NCBI GenBank assembly: GCA_014729085.1
Contig: WJKM01000011.1
Location: forward strand, 234,852 to 298,851
DNA length: 64,000 bases
Direction of reading: 5' to 3'
From: Candidatus Dojkabacteria bacterium
Lineage (GTDB): Bacteria > Patescibacteriota > Dojkabacteria > B142 > WJKM01
Part shown: positions 59,369 to 64,000 of the stretch, in pieces
Layout: each line of letters starts with the position of its first letter
How positions within the stretch are numbered: position 1 is the stretch's first letter
Notes under the pieces: generated by a model
What the model saw: only the letters and a program-made list of their open reading frames with translations
What the model was told of the DNA's origin: nothing
Databases searched by the model: none
Position numbers and translations under genes: made by a program

Positions 59369-60163
59369 CTAAAATACTTTTACTAATCCTTTATTTAGTA
59401 CTTTTTTATAACAATATTTTAAATATATCAGTGTCAGGATTAGATAGCCAGTATTAAGCATAAAGCTTATGATTATTTTATTCCAATCTAATATCCCTTC
59501 GTTAATTACCTCTCTCATACCTTCAAAAATGTAGCTTGTTGGAATAAGAGTCGCAATATTTTGTGCCCACATAGGAAGTATTTCGATGGGATAATAAACA
59601 GCCGAAAAAGGAGAAAGTATGGCAACAAAACTCCAAGCTAAAATTTCTACCTTGGATCCATAGCGTAAGATAATACCCATAACAAGAAATCCAACCCACC
59701 ATCCTGTTAGAAGTAGATTTAAGATAAAGGGAATTAGAGAAAACCCAAGTACAAATAAATTTGTTTGGTATAGAATAAACGCGATAAATATTGAAAGGAC
59801 AAAAGTTAAGCCTAACTTAGATAATGCAAATAACAAGGTGCCTAAAATATACTCCCAAAATTTCACAGGAGCTACAAAGTAATGCATAAAACTTCTATTC
59901 CAAAAATCTTCAAGCATGGATACTGTAATCATGTTTTGGTTTCTGTAAACCAGCATCCAAAATATAATACCGGACACTACCATTAAAAGTATATTGGGGA
60001 TACTAACAGTACTACTTTCGATGTATTTACTAGTAAGTCCCCATAATAATAAATCAATTACAGGCCAGAAGATCGTATCCATCATTCTAGTTATGCTGTG
60101 CATTGATTGGAATGTGTGTCTTAGGATTATTCCATATATTCTATTAAGTCCTATTTTCTTCAT
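59369..60163 (-). CDS. ABC-2 type transporter permease
   Basis: 264 aa, 6 predicted TM helices. Its start overlaps the stop of the ATPase gene, so the two are translationally coupled. Confidence 0.6.
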   Translation of the reverse strand: MKKIGLNRIYGIILRHTFQSMHSITRMMDTIFWPVIDLLLWGLTSKYIESSTVSIPNILLMVVSGIIFWMLVYRNQNMITVSMLEDFWNRSFMHYFVAPVKFWEYILGTLLFALSKLGLTFVLSIFIAFILYQTNLFVLGFSLIPFILNLLLTGWWVGFLVMGIILRYGSKVEILAWSFVAILSPFSAVYYPIEILPMWAQNIATLIPTSYIFEGMREVINEGILDWNKIIISFMLNTGYLILTLIYLKYCYKKVLNKGLVKVF

Positions 60164-61064
60164 CTTGTTTTGCGACTTCTAAAAAATAATCTTCGAGACT
60201 AGGTTTTTCTATACTAATTTCATCATAATTTATATTATTTACCGCAAGTTGTTTTAACAGTTGTGGTATCATCACCTCTTTTACTTCAACTTTAATATAA
60301 TTATCTTCCTGTTCATAATTAATTTCGTTTCTTTCACAATATTGCTGAATTTTATCTATTTCCTCCCCCATAAATTCTACATGGGCGGATTTTATACTTT
60401 TCGCAAGATTGAGTGGTGTATCTTTAGCAATTATCTTTCCTTTATCTATGAATATGACTCTGTCACAAACTTCTTCAATTTCTGCCATGTTATGCGATGT
60501 GAAAATCATTGAAACATTAAATTCTTTTCGTTGGTTTTTCAAAACTTTCCGTATTTTATTTGCAATATCTGGATCAAGAGATGCGGTCGGTTCATCAAGT
60601 AACAGTACTTTTGGAAAATTAATAAAAGATTTGGCAAGATTGATTTTAGTCTTCTGACCGTCTGAGAGTTCACGAATCTTCTTGTTCATTAATTTATCCA
60701 AAGAAAATATATTTTTAATTTTTTTTATCCGTTTTTTTCTATTTTTGATTTTGTACAGATAGGAAATATAGGTGAGATTCTCTCTGACAGTCATCTCCCA
60801 AGGAAAGTTGATATATGTTGAAGAAAAATTTACTCTTTCTAGGATTTCAACTCTGTGTTCAAATATGCTTTTTCCAAAGTATGTTACTTCGCCTGAACTG
60901 GGAGTGAGTACGGCAAGGAGCATCTGGATAGTTGTGGTTTTACCAGCTCCATTAGGACCAAGCAGTCCGAGAATTTCTCCTTCCTCGAGTTTAAAAGAAA
61001 TATTATCAACTGCTGTGAAATCTTTAAATTTTTTTGTTAAATTCTTTACTTCTAAGATTGCCAT
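60144..61064 (-). CDS. ABC transporter ATP-binding protein
   Basis: Walker [11 protein letters not shown], signature LSDGQK, Walker B LLLDEPT, H-loop TSHNM. Confidence 0.85.
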   Translation of the reverse strand: MAILEVKNLTKKFKDFTAVDNISFKLEEGEILGLLGPNGAGKTTTIQMLLAVLTPSSGEVTYFGKSIFEHRVEILERVNFSSTYINFPWEMTVRENLTYISYLYKIKNRKKRIKKIKNIFSLDKLMNKKIRELSDGQKTKINLAKSFINFPKVLLLDEPTASLDPDIANKIRKVLKNQRKEFNVSMIFTSHNMAEIEEVCDRVIFIDKGKIIAKDTPLNLAKSIKSAHVEFMGEEIDKIQQYCERNEINYEQEDNYIKVEVKEVMIPQLLKQLAVNNINYDEISIEKPSLEDYFLEVAKQDEENRT

Positions 61065-61258
61065 ATCAAACTAGAAACATAATTACTTAAATAGTCTATT
61101 GGAATAAAGTATGCTCGTCAAAATTATGAGCATTGGTTTTTGAGTAGCATGAATTTTTGTTAGTTAAAATCTGCATCTAATATTAATAACGTAATATTTG
61201 CTCATAAGTGTTGGTGAAATATACTATAAAAAAGAGTTTAATATAGTTATGCAATTAG
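60823..61258. repeat. Direct repeat copy A (~436 bp): first ~75 codons of the ABC ATPase plus its divergent upstream/promoter region
   Basis: Aligns base-for-base (a few substitutions and small indels) with 62753..63166. Confidence 0.85.
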
Positions 61259-61488
61259 TCGAATTAAACCCTTGCTTTTATCTATTATAGATGAATCGCG
61301 TTGAAAGGAAATAACTGAGATATAGAACAAAGAATATTGCAGTATGAGTATATAATAACTCAAGATACTGTTCTTTAAATATATAAAATCATAGAACTTC
61401 GTTTTGTTTGCAAAGTTGCAAACTATTAAACATATTTCAATCCATCTTATATAATTTATATATATTTAAAGTTTTTATATAATAAATT

Positions 61489-62262
61489 ATGGAATTACCT
61501 CCAGATATTAATTTAAATGGAATACCGGACGATCAAGATCCATTTATAGAGGGATATGGTATAAATTTTGATACTGATGGCAACAGTGTTGTTGATTTTT
61601 TAGATATACAAAATCCTGAGCATCCATATCATGCACACGCAAATTTGTTAGATCCAGCTTTAGTAAGGGCATATACGGGATATGAGAATGGTGAGAATGG
61701 GATTTACCATGCAGACCAGGATCATGATGGACTCCACGATCAGGAAGATCAGTACCCAGCTAGACCTGATAATAATCTTAATGGGATATTAGATGGAAAT
61801 GATCCTTTTTACGAAATAAGTCCTACAAGTGTCGATGTTGATGGTAATAGTGTAGTTGATTTTTTAGATGTATACTGGAATCCTGATCACCCGCATCATC
61901 ATTTATTAGACCCTAGATTGGTTAGAGAATACACTGAGAATTTTCGGGGCCACGATCAAGGAGTGAATGGAGAATTTCATTTAGACCAAGATCATGATGG
62001 ATACCATGTATTTGAAGATCCTGATGACCAGGATCCAAATATTCCTGAAAAACAACCTGAGGTGGAAGAAGAGAGTGACGTATTAGAACCCCAGGTAGTA
62101 GAAAATCCACCTTCGGATAATAATGTAGTCGAGGTTGCTCCTCAGAACGTTACATCAATAAGTTTGAAACCATCAGCTGAAATAATGGATAAAGATAATA
62201 AACGTGTTTTACCAAAGACAAAGGGATTTTATTTTGATCAGCACCCAAAACCAAAGGATTAA
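61489..62262 (+). CDS. His/Asp-rich protein with two ~100-aa internal repeats and Ca-binding-like loops
   Basis: Repeat 1 DINLNGIPDDQDPF...DTDGNSVVDFLDIQNPEHPYHAHANLLDPALVRAY...YHADQDHDG and repeat 2 DNNLNGILDGNDPF...DVDGNSVVDFLDVYWNPDHPHHHLLDPRLVREY...FHLDQDHDG. The DxDGNSVVDFLD loops look dockerin/EF-hand-like. Acidic C-terminal tail. No signal peptide. Confidence 0.45.
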   Translation: MELPPDINLNGIPDDQDPFIEGYGINFDTDGNSVVDFLDIQNPEHPYHAHANLLDPALVRAYTGYENGENGIYHADQDHDGLHDQEDQYPARPDNNLNGILDGNDPFYEISPTSVDVDGNSVVDFLDVYWNPDHPHHHLLDPRLVREYTENFRGHDQGVNGEFHLDQDHDGYHVFEDPDDQDPNIPEKQPEVEEESDVLEPQVVENPPSDNNVVEVAPQNVTSISLKPSAEIMDKDNKRVLPKTKGFYFDQHPKPKD

Positions 62263-62335
62263 AGAAGCGATTTTGAATATTTCGTCTCCATAAAACACAA
62301 AATAACGTTACTTTATAGCTTTTTAATCAAAAAAT

Positions 62336-62743
62336 ATGCAAGAGGATGAAACAAGGTGGTTTTCGGTTATACCCGAGGGAGGGTCAATATTTACTGATCC
62401 AGATGGAGGAAGACATTATTATTCTACCACGCTTGAAGGCCGTAGTACTGCTCCATATATACTGCCTTCTGTTGTTTGGTGTAATAGAATTCCAGTTTCC
62501 CCAGATGATAAATTTTATCAAGGGGTAGAGGTTGTTGATCCAGAAACTTGTCCTGCTAGGACAGAAGATAATAGATGTAGAGCATGTGGGGTATTCAAAG
62601 TTAGTGATCATGTTGATAATGCGGTTCCAGCACTATGTATTGTAAATACACCAGAAGAATTGAGGAGGAGACCGCAAGTTGGAATATGCCTTACAAATGA
62701 TATACATCGAGCCGCATTAAGAAGTGCTCTAGGGCCAGAATAA
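62336..62743 (+). CDS. Hypothetical Cys-containing protein
   Basis: 135-aa ORF (…CPARTEDNRCRACGVFKV…CIVNTPEEL…) co-oriented with the His/Asp-rich gene. Confidence 0.35.
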   Translation: MQEDETRWFSVIPEGGSIFTDPDGGRHYYSTTLEGRSTAPYILPSVVWCNRIPVSPDDKFYQGVEVVDPETCPARTEDNRCRACGVFKVSDHVDNAVPALCIVNTPEELRRRPQVGICLTNDIHRAALRSALGPE

Positions 62744-62752
62744 GAACAATTT

Positions 62753-63166
62753 GAAAAATTTACTCTTCTAAGATTTCAACTCCGTGTTCAAATATGCTTT
62801 TTCTAAAGTAGGTTACTTCGCCTGAACTGGGAGTGAGTACGGCAAGGAGCATCTGGATAGTTGTGGTTTTACCAGCTCCATTAGGACCAAGCAGTCCGAG
62901 AATTTCTCCTTCCTCGAGTTTAAAAGAAATATTATCAACTGCTGTAAAATCTTTAATTTTTTTAAATTCCTTACTTCTAAGATTGCCATATCAAACTAGA
63001 AACATCATTACTTAAATAGTCTATTGGAATAACGTATGCTCGTCAAAATTATGAGCATTGGTTTGTGGGTACTATTAATTTTTGTCAGTTAAATCTGCAT
63101 TTATTTGCTAATAAGTGTTGGTAAAATATACTATAATAAAGAGTTTTAATATAGTTATGTAATTAG
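62753..63166. repeat. Direct repeat copy B (~414 bp)
   Basis: Second copy of the ABC-ATPase 5' end plus promoter region. It contains a 4-nt deletion relative to copy A. Confidence 0.85.
62760..62989 (-). pseudogene. Frameshifted fragment of the ABC ATPase N-terminus within repeat copy B
   Basis: Begins MAILEV... as in the intact gene. The 4-nt deletion shifts the frame after ~10 codons. No continuation beyond the repeat. Confidence 0.6.
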
Positions 63167-64000
63167 ATGCCGAAGTTATATACAAGCGAAAGCGTAACAG
63201 AAGGTCATCCTGACAAGCTTTGTGATCAGATAGTTGATACTATCTTAGACGAATGTCTGGAACAAGACTCGGAATCTAGAGTTGCAGTTGAAGCAATTTT
63301 AAAATCAAATAAAGCCGTTGTTTTTGGGGAAGTTACTTCTAAGGCAAAAATAGATGTAGCTCCTATGGTGAAAAAAATTTTAAAAGATGCAGGATACTCA
63401 AAAGAGTCATTAGGTTTTGGCCTTGATGATTTGAAGATAGTGGAATTTCTTTCTAAGCAAAGTGAAGATATCTCCCAAGGTGTTAGCGAAGACAAAGAAG
63501 GATTAAAAGAACAGGGAGCTGGAGATCAAGGAATTATGTACGGTTATGCTTGTCGGGACACTTCAGATTTTATGCCTCTTCCAATTACAATTGCACATAA
63601 GATAGCTGTGAAAATGGCCGAAGTAAGGAAAAAAGGTAAAATCGATTACTTAAGGCCTGACGGCAAAACCCAGGTTACATTTGAATATGAAAAAGGTAAG
63701 CCTAAAAGGTTGCATACTGTTGTACTTTCCTCTCAGCATAGCGAAGATGTGGAATTACAAGATTTAATAAAAGACATGAAAGCTAAAATCATCGAACCAG
63801 TATGTAGTGAATGGTTAGATCTGAATACAATATTTCATATTAATCCTACAGGAAGATTTGTTATTGGGGGCCCAGTTGCAGATTCGGGCCTATCTGGTAA
63901 AAAAACTGGTGTTGATACATACGGTGGTCTTGCTAAGCATGGCGGAGGCTCTTTCTCCGGGAAGGATCCATCAAAAGTAGATAGAAGTGCAACTTATGCG
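63167..64000 (+). CDS. metK: S-adenosylmethionine synthetase (3' end outside window)
   Basis: MPKLYTSESVTEGHPDKLCDQIVDTILDE..., GAGDQGIMYGYA, DGKTQVT, GGPVADSGLSGKK and GGGSFSGKDPSKVDRSA are MetK signatures. The ORF is open to the window edge, so it is absent from the ORF track. Confidence 0.9.
   Translation, partial: MPKLYTSESVTEGHPDKLCDQIVDTILDECLEQDSESRVAVEAILKSNKAVVFGEVTSKAKIDVAPMVKKILKDAGYSKESLGFGLDDLKIVEFLSKQSEDISQGVSEDKEGLKEQGAGDQGIMYGYACRDTSDFMPLPITIAHKIAVKMAEVRKKGKIDYLRPDGKTQVTFEYEKGKPKRLHTVVLSSQHSEDVELQDLIKDMKAKIIEPVCSEWLDLNTIFHINPTGRFVIGGPVADSGLSGKKTGVDTYGGLAKHGGGSFSGKDPSKVDRSATYA

Noticed and set aside
63001-63166. Looked for a SAM riboswitch in the metK leader
   Set aside because: No SAM-I/SAM-II conserved cores. 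Only a short hairpin (ATGCTCGTCAAAATTATGAGCAT) that is also present in repeat copy A.

Overview
The window reads as a low-GC (roughly one-third GC by eye) bacterial chromosome segment with short AT-rich intergenic spacers. Housekeeping markers are clear: smpB, rpmH-rnpA, valS, groES-groEL, xseA-xseB, greA, a tatD-family gene, metK (3' partial) and two tRNAs. There is a complete phosphorelay locus (OmpR-type response regulator, multi-PAS hybrid histidine kinase, Hpt protein). A set of secreted or surface proteins is present: a trypsin-like protease, an FG-GAP protein, a GH31 hydrolase, a thioredoxin-CcdA fusion, a LysM protein and a lipoprotein. Several domain fusions stand out: a CoaD-CoaE fusion and a membrane-anchored NUDIX-YbaK fusion. 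Three loci look recently rearranged or mobile. (1) A tyrosine integrase lies between tRNA(UAU) and tRNA-Met(CAU), with a VirD4-like coupling ATPase next door. (2) tRNA-Met is followed by a tandemly duplicated ~488-bp unit carrying a GIY-YIG nuclease gene and a degenerate tRNA 3'-half copy that contains two hairpin insertions. (3) A 1.5-kb two-gene cassette (a His/Asp-rich internally repeated protein plus a Cys-containing protein) is bracketed by ~420-bp direct repeats that duplicate the divergent ABC-ATPase/metK promoter region and the first ~75 codons of the ABC ATPase. Several coding patches look GC-richer than their neighbours (about 11.9-14.3 kb, 18.4-20.7 kb, 38.6-39.7 kb, 44.7-45.8 kb) and carry unrecognisable ORFs. 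No CRISPR array, reverse transcriptase or rRNA was found. Every call rests on reading the translations and the nucleotide sequence by eye; no searches were run.
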